Shown: positions 50,979 to 60,132, numbered from the stretch's first letter. The stretch: 64,000 nucleotides of DNA from Methylococcaceae bacterium UBA6146 (GCA_002422395.1 DIUY01000030.1:221317-285316); one strand, 5' to 3'. Numbers and translations are program-made. Notes: generated by a model not told the origin, from the letters alone.

Positions 50979-51502
50979 GTTTTAAGATACCGTGTGTTGA
51001 TGACATGAAGCTTGTTTTCAATAAGTGCCCGCAAGATTCTAAATGGAACTGGTTTAGAATAAACGGGGATGCCCCGCAATAACTTGCGGGCATCCTCCAT
51101 TTCTGTTGCATCCAAAGCGGCCACAACGATAATATCGAAACGGTTATTGTCTTCCTGGCCACGCAAATGCCGGATCAGCCATACACTGTCCATTTCTGGC
51201 ATGTGCAAGTCGGTAATGACTAAATCAAGGGCATGGCGGCCAATTTTTATCAGTCCATCAAAGCCTCGGTTGCCGTCAATAACTACAAAGGCGTTGAGGG
51301 GGATTGCCTGCAATACTGATTTTTGCCCGGGAACTAGGGATTCCACAGCGTTCCTAGGGATGCGCCAATGGCCGGCCGCCCGCAGTCTTCCACGCCGGCA
51401 ATTTGCCATTTTCAACCCACAACTGTACGGTTGACAATGCTCCCCAAGGGTGGCCGCCACCTTGCGCGTAGAAATAAATTCAGATGCTTGCTTCGCCTTC
51501 AA
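50975..51502 (-). pseudogene. Degenerate excisionase-type HTH + receiver regulator
   Basis: Canonical LSTVQLWVENGKLPAWKTAGG hidden in another frame between two compensating frameshifts; the first beta-alpha unit of REC is missing. Confidence 0.65.
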
Positions 51503-51642
51503 TTAGATAATCAACATAGGCTAAGTTACTGGGTTTGGCATTATATTCCCAGTTTATAAGCAAAAATAGCGCTTTCAACATTTCCAACATATTCATGATT
51601 TTTGGCGGGACACAATGATTTACACCACTTATTGGCAAGCGT

Positions 51643-52119
51643 ATGACTGACCGCGTCGACCCTGAAACCCGTTCGCGCACGATGGCTGCTATCCGCAGCA
51701 AAAATACGAAACCGGAGAAATGGGTCCGTTCCGCCCTACACAAGCAAGGCTTCCGGTTTCGCCTGCACAATAAAAAATTGCCCGGATCGCCGGATTTGGT
51801 GTTACGTAAGCACCATGCGGTAATATTCATTAACGGCTGTTTTTGGCATCAGCATGAAGGCTGCAAGGCGGCGCATCTGCCAAAAACACGGCAAGCGTTT
51901 TGGGGGCTGAAATTTGCCCGCAATGTGGCGCGTGACCAGAAAGTGCTGTACCAACTTAAAGTGTTGGGTTGGCGGGCGGCGATTGTTTGGGAATGCGGTC
52001 TGAAGAAAAAATGCAGGGATACAACTTTGCAACATTTGGTGGCATGGCTGCACAGCGGCGCAGAGTATTTTGAAATGCCCGTTTATGACGAATTTAGCGA
52101 CTTAAGTGATTATGAATAA
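51643..52119 (+). CDS. vsr: Very short patch repair endonuclease
   Basis: RSRTMAAIRSKNTKPE, LPGSPDLV, GCFWHQHEGC, FWGLKFARNVARD, GWRAAIVWEC. Confidence 0.93.
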   Translation: MTDRVDPETRSRTMAAIRSKNTKPEKWVRSALHKQGFRFRLHNKKLPGSPDLVLRKHHAVIFINGCFWHQHEGCKAAHLPKTRQAFWGLKFARNVARDQKVLYQLKVLGWRAAIVWECGLKKKCRDTTLQHLVAWLHSGAEYFEMPVYDEFSDLSDYE

Positions 52120-52195
52120 GTTTTTCGGCATAAAACGACTGCGCGTCCTTTGAGGACAGGCAGTCGTAGCCCTAAAATTTTTGCGTATGTACTTA
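52103..52195. mobile_element. MITE-like family C, simple copy (93 bp)
   Basis: TAAGT...ACTTA ends, central hairpin ACGACTGCGCGTCCT-TTG-AGGACAGGCAGTCGT; second copy at 53579. Confidence 0.68.
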
Positions 52196-52256
52196 TGATT
52201 AACCCAACGCGATGGTGTATGAACGGTAACGCTCGGATAGGTGGCCGTGACATCAC

Positions 52257-53411
52257 CTATTTTTCAATAATCGCCAACCTGTCTGACTCAATCCCCAGCA
52301 TCAGTTCGCCTTTTAACAGGCCGACCAGCTCCCGGCCGGCCATGGTGTAACGCCAGCCGTGCAGCAGCGGACACTCGTCATCTTCATCAGACAACAGCGC
52401 TTCCAAGTCTTTACGGGAAGCTAGGATGCTAGGATTCAGCGAGTTTTCTTCAGCCCTTATTCGGACCAGTGCCGTTAAAATATCCAGGATGGCTTCCTGT
52501 TGTTGGGTTTTTTTTGCCGCTTTTCCATGTTCATGCAACGGGATAGGCGCACGGTTTTTAGCCGCCGTGATCAACTGGCACAGCTCTTTGCCATAGCGGT
52601 TAACGATGCGCTCATTAATTCCCCGTATATTGGCCAATTCACCGACCGTTTCCGGTTGCAACTTGGCTAACTCAAACAGCAGTTCATCACGCAACAACCA
52701 ATTTTTCGGCCGGTTTTCGGCCTGTGCGTGCTGTTCGCGCCATTCGGCCAAGGTTTGGATAATTGATAGCTGTTTTCCGGTCAATTTGTTTTTGCCTTTA
52801 ATTTTAAGCCAGGCTTTTTCGGGATTAACCTGGTAATGCGTCGGCTCAGAAAGTTCGGCAAAATCCTGTTTTAACCAATCCGCACGACCTAACTGGGTGA
52901 GTTTTTCGGTCATCATCTGATAAATTTGGCATAAATAAATGACATCATCAGCCGCATAATCAATTTCTGCCGAGCTTAAAGGCCGTTTGCTCCAATCCGC
53001 ACGGGTATGCGCTTTGGTCAAATTGACATTTAACAAACTGGAAACCAGCATGGCGTAGCCGGGATTATCCTGAAAACCTAACAAAGGCGCCGCTATTTGC
53101 GTGTCAAAAATAGGTGTGGGCAATTTACCGGTCAATTGATAAAAAATTTCCAGGTCTTGTCGGCTGGAATGGAACACTTTGACAATGGCAGGGTTGTAAA
53201 TCGCCTCAAAAAGCATATCCAGTTCAGGCAAGACTATCGGATCAACACAAGCAACCCAATCGGGCGTGGCTATTTGCAGTAGGCAAAACTTAGGGTAATA
53301 CGTTTTTTCGCGCAAGAATTCGGTGTCAAGCGCCAGCCATGTGCAGATTTTTATTTGTGCGCATAGCTTGTTCAGTTGTTCAGGGGTGTTTACGTAATTA
53401 ATGGGGGTCAT
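52257..53411 (-). CDS. rnd: Ribonuclease D
   Basis: LALDTEFLREKTYYPKFCLLQIA, FDTQIAA, DWSKRPL, YAADDV, HRDC; start placed at MTPINY because the ORF-track extension is MITE sequence. Confidence 0.94.
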   Translation of the reverse strand: MTPINYVNTPEQLNKLCAQIKICTWLALDTEFLREKTYYPKFCLLQIATPDWVACVDPIVLPELDMLFEAIYNPAIVKVFHSSRQDLEIFYQLTGKLPTPIFDTQIAAPLLGFQDNPGYAMLVSSLLNVNLTKAHTRADWSKRPLSSAEIDYAADDVIYLCQIYQMMTEKLTQLGRADWLKQDFAELSEPTHYQVNPEKAWLKIKGKNKLTGKQLSIIQTLAEWREQHAQAENRPKNWLLRDELLFELAKLQPETVGELANIRGINERIVNRYGKELCQLITAAKNRAPIPLHEHGKAAKKTQQQEAILDILTALVRIRAEENSLNPSILASRKDLEALLSDEDDECPLLHGWRYTMAGRELVGLLKGELMLGIESDRLAIIEK

Positions 53412-53434
53412 AGTCAAATGGGTAATCAATAAAG

Positions 53435-53544
53435 GGTAGTGGGTTAAATGTGGTGGTTGGCGTACAAGCCTTCGTTTGTACTGAGGCAAACCAAGGTTTG
53501 AGCTCCAGCTTATCAATGTGCAGCTACAGATTTAACCCACCACC
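53435..53544. mobile_element. MITE family B copy 3 (inverted)
   Basis: GGTAGTGGGTTAAAT ... GATTTAACCCACCACC; flanks CAATAAAG / CACTAAAG. Confidence 0.78.
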
Positions 53545-53578
53545 CACTAAAGGAGGCCGCACCACTAAGGTGCGGTCA

Positions 53579-53783
53579 TAAGTAATTATGAATAAGCTTT
53601 TCGGTACAAAACGACTGCGCGTCCTTCACCCTAGAGCCATAGGTATCTACACAAGTTTTATGGGTCGTCATTCCGGCAGGGATTGCCGGAATGACGGTGT
53701 CCAAGACTTGTGTAGATACCTATGCCCTAGGGCGCAAGTAAGGACGGGCAGTCGTAACCCTAAAACTTTTGAGTATGTGCTTA
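53579..53783. mobile_element. MITE-like family C copy with two nested palindromic inserts
   Basis: Same arms as 52103-52195; 18-bp perfect IR CATAGGTATCTACACAAG at 53638-53655 / 53707-53724; REP CGTCATTCCGGCAGGGATTGCCGGAATGACG at 53666-53696. Confidence 0.72.
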
Positions 53784-53788
53784 AGGAA

Positions 53789-54343
53789 CTAATTAGCCTG
53801 CTCTGAAAGTTGGGCTTCTGGTTTTAGGTGACGTATCTTGCCACGTTGGTTAAGGATGTTGCCGCGTTTTTTATTGCGCATTTTTACCCGTCTAATGTCC
53901 AATTTTTGCTGATTAATTTCTACGGTTTTTAAATGCTGGAATATATCGGGCGGCATGGCATCAGGGAGGTCAATCAGTGTGTACTGGCCACGGATGGATA
54001 CGTTGGTGATGTTGTTTTTATCGACGCCGGACTCTTCAACCAGCACTTTTTTAAGGGCTTCCAGCGTGATTTGGTGTTGGTTGCCGACATCCAAACGGTA
54101 GCGGACCATTTTAATGCCCGACCGGACAGGAGGTTTTCGTAGGGCTGGCACTGGGGCGCTCTGACTATTTTGGGCCAAATACACTAATGCCGCCGCACAT
54201 TCTAAAATGTCGGCATCCAATTCTGCCGCTATAGCCGCTATTAAAGTGCGCTGCGCCTCCAAGCCCTCATGGGTCAAAATAGATTGCAAACGGGTTTTTA
54301 ACCGCTGCGCCTGATCAGGCTCAGGCCGTTCCATTGTGTTCAT
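53789..54343 (-). CDS. Stand-alone DeaD/CsdA C-terminal half (dimerisation helix + DbpA RNA-binding domain)
   Basis: LECAAALVYLAQ then MVRYRLDVGNQHQI...VSIRGQYTLIDLP..MP..IFQHLKTVEINQQKLDI; no helicase motifs. Confidence 0.78.
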   Translation of the reverse strand: MNTMERPEPDQAQRLKTRLQSILTHEGLEAQRTLIAAIAAELDADILECAAALVYLAQNSQSAPVPALRKPPVRSGIKMVRYRLDVGNQHQITLEALKKVLVEESGVDKNNITNVSIRGQYTLIDLPDAMPPDIFQHLKTVEINQQKLDIRRVKMRNKKRGNILNQRGKIRHLKPEAQLSEQAN

Positions 54344-54378
54344 GTGTTGTCTGGTTGTTGTTATCCGGCAAATAGCTA

Positions 54379-55686
54379 TCACAGCCTATTTTGGTTGATT
54401 TCGACAAACGCTTCATCGCGTAAGCGGCGTATCCATAGCTCCGTTTCTTCTTCAATTTTACGTTTGCGGATAGCTTCCCTGACCAGATTTTTGCGGTATT
54501 CGGCGCTGTTATCTTTATTTTCGCGGCCTAAAACCTGAATGAGATGCCAACCAAACTGGGTTTGTACGGGTTCGCTAATTTCGTTAACTTCTAAGGTTGA
54601 CATGGTTTCCTCAAAGGGTCTCACCAAATCACCCGGGCTAACCCAATCGAGTGAGCCACCTTTAAGCGCCGAGCCTTTGTCATCCGAATGGGAGCGTGCC
54701 AACGCCGCAAAATCATCGCCATCGGCAATCCGCGCTTTTAATGCCAACAGCCGTTTCCTAGCTTCAGCGTCATCAATTAACTCGTTGGTTTTTATAAGGA
54801 TATGCCGGACTTTCGTTTTTGTGATGACGTGGTTACCTAGTCCCTTCAGTTCCAGCATTTTAACGATATGGAAACCGCTAGGGCTACGGATTGGCTCAGA
54901 TACAGCGCCTTCTGCCATGTTTTTAATCACCTCAACAAAGAGGGTCGGTATGTCGCCGATGCCACGCCACCCCAAATCACCACCTTTCAAGGCGTTGTCA
55001 TCATCTGAGTGGCTCATTGCGACTTGCTTGAAATCTTCCCCAGCACGTAGCTTTTTAACCAGATCATCGGCTTTGCCAAGCGCTTTTTGTATGTCTGCGG
55101 CTGCAGCGCCTTCCTTAACGGCAATCAAAATATGGCCTAAATGATATTGGATAGCTTCGTCACCGATTTTTTCCTGGGTTTCCATAAAATGTTCGACTTC
55201 ACGGTCGGTCACTTTAATGCGCCCGCCTATCTCCCGTGCGCGTAACTGGTTAATGATGATTTCATTACGCATATTATCGAGGAAACCTTTATAAGCGATA
55301 CCTTGGCGTTCCAATTCAGCCCTGAAATCATCCAAGCTCATATTATTGCGTTGGGCAATATCCGCCGCAGAACTGTTGAGCATCTCTTCACTGACATTAA
55401 CGCCAGCGCGTTCCGCCAATTGCCGCTGTAGTTTGTCGATGATCATTTTTTCCAGCACTTGCTTACGCAGGATAGAGTCGGGCGGCATTTGGGTATTACT
55501 GGCTTTTATCCGTTGCGCAATAGCCGCCGTTTCTTTCCCCAATTCGCTTTCAAGAATGACATCGTCTTCAACGACAGCAACAATCTCATCAAGCAATTGT
55601 GCGCTGGCCAAAAAACTGCCGGACATTAAACTGATGAACAACACCAAGGGCAGGATCATTTTTTTTATACGTGTTTGCTTAATCAT
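54379..55686 (-). CDS. surA: Periplasmic chaperone/PPIase SurA
   Basis: LDEIVAVVEDDVILESEL, two parvulin domains (GGDLGW, GGSLDW, GWHLIQV). Confidence 0.94.
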   Translation of the reverse strand: MIKQTRIKKMILPLVLFISLMSGSFLASAQLLDEIVAVVEDDVILESELGKETAAIAQRIKASNTQMPPDSILRKQVLEKMIIDKLQRQLAERAGVNVSEEMLNSSAADIAQRNNMSLDDFRAELERQGIAYKGFLDNMRNEIIINQLRAREIGGRIKVTDREVEHFMETQEKIGDEAIQYHLGHILIAVKEGAAAADIQKALGKADDLVKKLRAGEDFKQVAMSHSDDDNALKGGDLGWRGIGDIPTLFVEVIKNMAEGAVSEPIRSPSGFHIVKMLELKGLGNHVITKTKVRHILIKTNELIDDAEARKRLLALKARIADGDDFAALARSHSDDKGSALKGGSLDWVSPGDLVRPFEETMSTLEVNEISEPVQTQFGWHLIQVLGRENKDNSAEYRKNLVREAIRKRKIEEETELWIRRLRDEAFVEINQNRL

Positions 55687-58346
55687 TTTGCCGGTTTCCG
55701 GTAACCATAAATACTTGTTGCAAAGAAATCATCGAGTTGCGCGCCAACGCCAGTCAGCCCCTTAAGTTCCACTTGAAAGAATATTCCTGTCTGGTTCGTG
55801 CCTTCGACAGTCTGGCTGATGTCATTGATGGGCTTATTGATACTGTTAAGGTAACTGCGGCCAATAATGCGGAAACGCCAGCAGCAGTTTTCTTTCTCAA
55901 GACCAAAAAAACCATCCTGAGTTCTGTTGTATAGCCACGAATACTGCCAGCGGCCTACGGCGTACCAGTTGTTATAAATGGGCCAACGGAATGACATGTC
56001 GGTTTGGGTTATATCGTTGCTTTTGTCTGTCACCAGCGGATCATGCCGATATAAATAGCCCAAATTGATCAGCTCGTCAGGCTCATTCATAAAATGCAGC
56101 ATCGCTTTGCCCCGTACAAAATCATTTGAATGGGGGTCCCATTGCACACCGCTATCAACGGCAAAATGTTGGGTCAGCTCACTGCCCAACTCAACAACGA
56201 TGGGCGAGGCGCTGGCAGTTTCAACCGGAGTGCCAGGCAAATTCAGGGTGACCTCACGGTTACGGAAATAAAATATCTCGCCGATGTTGAGTTTTAAACG
56301 CTCCCTACCGGTGGCGGGGTCAATCAGGCGCGAGGTAATCGCGACGCTGATCTGGTTGGCGTCTTGTACCCTGTCCGGGCCGCTGAAACGGTTTTCACGG
56401 AACAGGCTATCAAACCAAAAATCATAAATGGAGGTGTCAAATAACGGTATTTGGCTTTGGTCGATTTTGGGGATATATAAATAAAATAGCCTAGGTTCCA
56501 GCGTCTGCACTAAAGCGCTGCCGCCAATATCGCGCTCCAAATACATGCCGCTATCAACGGACATAATCGGCAATGTCCTGGAAATGTCAGTGGACGAATC
56601 TGCCAATTGGCTGTTTAAGAAATACTGGGTGTGTTGCAGCGATATTTTAGGCGTCACATAAGAACCCGCAGTCTGCAATGGGAGGCTTAATGATGGCTTG
56701 ACGTTCAAACGTTGGCCGTCGATTAGCGAGCTATGCTGAAAATTGACCGCTTCACTTTCCAGTCCCGCATCGACCGGCATGGGGTTAAAAGCAAAAGCGT
56801 GGTTCAAATTGAAGTTAACTTGCGGCAAGCGTTTATAGGGAATTTGATTGCCTTTCAGTGACGAGTCGAGGGTCTGGTAACTTTCGACACGGGTGACCAA
56901 AGAAACCCCTTCATCAATATAACTGACATCACCCTGGCTTCTAAGGAAACTGAAATTGGGTGTGCTTAGGGCATTGCCCAGCTCGGCAAAATAATTGTTG
57001 TCCGACACCGTGTTCAAATCAAGACTGGTGCTGACGTGTTCAGTGAATTGGGTGTTGTGCTTAAGCATCAGATGATGCCTTGATTCGTTTAGCTTATAGT
57101 CATCAGGCATGTATTGCACACTAGCCTGACCCTTTGTGTTTGAAGTCAAATAACGGAAACTACCACCCAACAAAGCCCCCCGGTCGCCGAAATAGGCGGG
57201 GGTCAGCGTGGCGTCGTAATTAGGGGCGATATTCCAGTAATACGGGACAGACAGATTAAAGCCGCTGTTTTGGGTGCTGCCAAACGAGGGTGCCAAAAAT
57301 CCGGAAAGCCTACGGTTATCTACCGGAAACGCCAGATAAGGCGAATAAAACACGGGGACACCTTTAAATTCAACCCAAGCATTTTTGGCGGCCCCTTTGC
57401 CGGTCTGCTTATTCAATTTCAACTCGGACGCATGGACAGCCCAGTCATGATTTCCAGGCCGACAACTGGTGTAAGTGACCCCTGTGTAATGCGATAACAA
57501 GGCACTGTCCCGATAAACCGCTTTAGCACTTCCGCGCAATGGTGTGGCTGCGGAAATAAACAAGGTGTTGCGCAATTTTGCCTGGTCAGTCGCCAGTTTA
57601 AGCGAGGCTGATTCGCTATATAAGGCCAGCTGGTCTTCGCTGTAATAGACATTGCCATGCAAATCCAATGTTTCTGACACACTGTCATAATTGGCCTTGT
57701 CAGCCAACGCCTGCTGGTCGGCACGGCTCATTTCCACCCGCCCGGAATAATTGCCGATTTCATTGTCGAATATTTCCGAGTAATTCGACTTAACATCCAG
57801 GGGCGTTTCTCGCCTGATTTCCCGAAAGTCGGCCGGCACCACGTTACCCGCCGATTGCACAGTGCAGTTTTCCCAAGGGTCGGCTTTAAGTTTTGAAGTT
57901 AACGTGGCAAATATTTGCTCTTGCTGGTGATCAAATACCGGATCAAGCAAGCCTATATTGAAATCATCCAAGATGTCAGACTCGATTGTTGCGGCTTGGG
58001 GCTTTGTTAACTCAGTGGTGGATGCCGTTGCCACAGGAACTCGCTGTTGCGGTTTGGACGACGGCATCTGGACAGGTTCAGGCTCTTCTATAGGCGCCGC
58101 AACAGGCTGAGGTGCCACAACGGGTTCTATTGCCACCTGAGGCTGCCGTTCCTCGCTTGGCGGGGTAATTGGCGCATTGTCAACCGGCTCAGAATCAACC
58201 GATTGCTGCGTTGCCCCACTTTGGCCACCCAAGCAAACCCACTCGTTGCTGTCTTTGTCCTGCTGGCAAGACCACGCGGCCTGATCAGCAAAGCTGACCG
58301 AGGTTGTTACTGAAGGCAAAAAAATGAGCAATAAGCGGCGAAGCAT
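55683..58346 (-). CDS. lptD: LPS assembly protein LptD
   Basis: YTSCRPG, VPVFYSPY, PYYWNIAPNYD, NRFSGPDRVQDANQ, CCW; Pro-rich N-terminal linker. Confidence 0.94.
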   Translation of the reverse strand: MLRRLLLIFLPSVTTSVSFADQAAWSCQQDKDSNEWVCLGGQSGATQQSVDSEPVDNAPITPPSEERQPQVAIEPVVAPQPVAAPIEEPEPVQMPSSKPQQRVPVATASTTELTKPQAATIESDILDDFNIGLLDPVFDHQQEQIFATLTSKLKADPWENCTVQSAGNVVPADFREIRRETPLDVKSNYSEIFDNEIGNYSGRVEMSRADQQALADKANYDSVSETLDLHGNVYYSEDQLALYSESASLKLATDQAKLRNTLFISAATPLRGSAKAVYRDSALLSHYTGVTYTSCRPGNHDWAVHASELKLNKQTGKGAAKNAWVEFKGVPVFYSPYLAFPVDNRRLSGFLAPSFGSTQNSGFNLSVPYYWNIAPNYDATLTPAYFGDRGALLGGSFRYLTSNTKGQASVQYMPDDYKLNESRHHLMLKHNTQFTEHVSTSLDLNTVSDNNYFAELGNALSTPNFSFLRSQGDVSYIDEGVSLVTRVESYQTLDSSLKGNQIPYKRLPQVNFNLNHAFAFNPMPVDAGLESEAVNFQHSSLIDGQRLNVKPSLSLPLQTAGSYVTPKISLQHTQYFLNSQLADSSTDISRTLPIMSVDSGMYLERDIGGSALVQTLEPRLFYLYIPKIDQSQIPLFDTSIYDFWFDSLFRENRFSGPDRVQDANQISVAITSRLIDPATGRERLKLNIGEIFYFRNREVTLNLPGTPVETASASPIVVELGSELTQHFAVDSGVQWDPHSNDFVRGKAMLHFMNEPDELINLGYLYRHDPLVTDKSNDITQTDMSFRWPIYNNWYAVGRWQYSWLYNRTQDGFFGLEKENCCWRFRIIGRSYLNSINKPINDISQTVEGTNQTGIFFQVELKGLTGVGAQLDDFFATSIYGYRKPAK

Positions 58347-58459
58347 AAAGGTATCAAATCAAGATTAATGGCGAAATAAAACGTAAATCGCATAAAATGC
58401 AGAGGTGCATTCTACCTTAAATTTACTAGTGCCAGATAACTAATCTGCCCAACACCATT

Positions 58460-59452
58460 ATGTCTGAAGACTTAAGAACACTCACTTTACTCGACTGGCT
58501 TGAAAACGATCTTTTACTGGCAGTCAAAACTTTTCAACCGGCTTCTAGTGACGCCAGCTTCAGGCGTTACTATCGGGTGACCACGCCAGAGGGTTCGGTT
58601 ATTGCCATGGATGCGCCACCCGACAAAGAAAAACTGGAACCCTTTATCAAGGTTGCCGGACTCATGGCGCAAGCAGGCATTAATGTCCCGACTATTTTTC
58701 AGCAAAATCTCGATGATGGTTTTTTGTTGCTGGAAGATTTTGGCAACCAAAGCTTTTTAGACCAACTAAATCCAAACAGCGCCGATGCTTTATATCAAAG
58801 CGCCTTCGACAGCCTGTTTAAATTGCAAACCCAGACAGTGATAAAAAACAGCCCCCTCCCCCGCTATGATGAAACCCTGCTAGAGCGCGAACTCACTATT
58901 TTTGATGACTGGTTTCTCAATGGCTTAATGGACATCGACATACCTGAAACACTGTGGGCATCGGTAAAAGCCGAGCTTATCGCCTCGGCATTAACACAAC
59001 CCGTAACATGTGTGCATAGGGATTACCATTCCCGCAATCTTATGGTGTTAGACCATAACTCACCTGGGGTCATTGATTTTCAGGATGCGGTGATAGGCCC
59101 GATCACTTATGACCTCGTGTCGTTGCTGCGTGATTGCTATATCGCTTGGCCGCAACAACAAGTTGAGCAATGGTTGGAAGCCTATTTTCAACGCTTGCAG
59201 CAAGCCTCATTGGTCACCTGTGACCTGGACCAGTTTAAACGTTGGTTCGATTTGATGGGGCTACAGCGCCACCTTAAAGCCATCGGGATTTTTTCCCGCC
59301 TGCATTTAAGGGACGGCAAACCGGATTATCTTAACGACATACCGCGCACCTTAAATTACGTCACGGACGTTTGCTCTGGCTATCCCGAACTGGCTGAATT
59401 TAATCACTTTATAAAAGAAAACGTAGCACAAGCGCGGGGATTAACCTCATGA
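58460..59452 (+). CDS. amgK: Anomeric N-acetylmuramate/N-acetylglucosamine kinase (APH family)
   Basis: DASFRRYYR, MDAPP, LLLEDFG, HRDYHSRNL, DFQDA; upstream of murU. Confidence 0.88.
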   Translation: MSEDLRTLTLLDWLENDLLLAVKTFQPASSDASFRRYYRVTTPEGSVIAMDAPPDKEKLEPFIKVAGLMAQAGINVPTIFQQNLDDGFLLLEDFGNQSFLDQLNPNSADALYQSAFDSLFKLQTQTVIKNSPLPRYDETLLERELTIFDDWFLNGLMDIDIPETLWASVKAELIASALTQPVTCVHRDYHSRNLMVLDHNSPGVIDFQDAVIGPITYDLVSLLRDCYIAWPQQQVEQWLEAYFQRLQQASLVTCDLDQFKRWFDLMGLQRHLKAIGIFSRLHLRDGKPDYLNDIPRTLNYVTDVCSGYPELAEFNHFIKENVAQARGLTS

Positions 59453-60132
59453 AAGCCATGATACTAGCTGCAGGACGTGGCGAGCGGATGCGCCCGCTAA
59501 CCGACCACACCCCCAAACCTTTATTGCCAGCAGGCGGTAAACCACTAATTGAACACACCATCGGCCAATTAGTGGCGGCCGGGTTCACCGACATCGTCAT
59601 TAATTACGCCCATTTAGGGCAACAAATAGCCGATTATCTGGGCAATGGCAAAACATTAGGCGCAACCATCGGGTATTCCCCTGAAGGTGAAGAAGGGTTG
59701 GAAACCGCTGGCGGCATCATCAATGCTTTGCCATTGCTGGACACGGAGACATTTTTAGTGGTCAACGGGGATGTCGCGACCGATTTTCCTTTTGCCCAAC
59801 TCCAAAACCAACCGTTTGATTTGGCCCACTTGGTGCTGGTCAATAATCCCGAACATCACCCGACTGGCGATTTTAGTCTCGACAGTGCAGGCTACGTCAT
59901 TGATGGCGGCACCGACACGTTCACGTTTAGTGGTGTGGGCGTTTATCGCAGGGAATTGTTTGCCAACCTGCCGTCCGGAAAGGCCAAATTGGCGCCGCTA
60001 TTACGTCAGGCTATGGCTAAACGGCGTGTTAGCGGGCAAAAACATACTGGCTTTTGGATGGATATCGGCACACCGCAACGCCTTCAAGAGCTGGATTTTT
60101 ATTACTCACAACAGCGTATCGGCCATGCCTGA
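59449..60132 (+). CDS. murU: N-acetylmuramate alpha-1-phosphate uridylyltransferase
   Basis: AMILAAGRGERMRPLTDHTPKPLL, LETAGGI, WMDIGTPQRL. Confidence 0.9.
   Translation: MKAMILAAGRGERMRPLTDHTPKPLLPAGGKPLIEHTIGQLVAAGFTDIVINYAHLGQQIADYLGNGKTLGATIGYSPEGEEGLETAGGIINALPLLDTETFLVVNGDVATDFPFAQLQNQPFDLAHLVLVNNPEHHPTGDFSLDSAGYVIDGGTDTFTFSGVGVYRRELFANLPSGKAKLAPLLRQAMAKRRVSGQKHTGFWMDIGTPQRLQELDFYYSQQRIGHA

Noticed and set aside
53412-53516. N-terminal extension of RNase D in the ORF track (MISWSSNLGLPQYKRR...)
   Set aside because: Encoded by MITE B; RNase D homology begins at MTPINY (53411)
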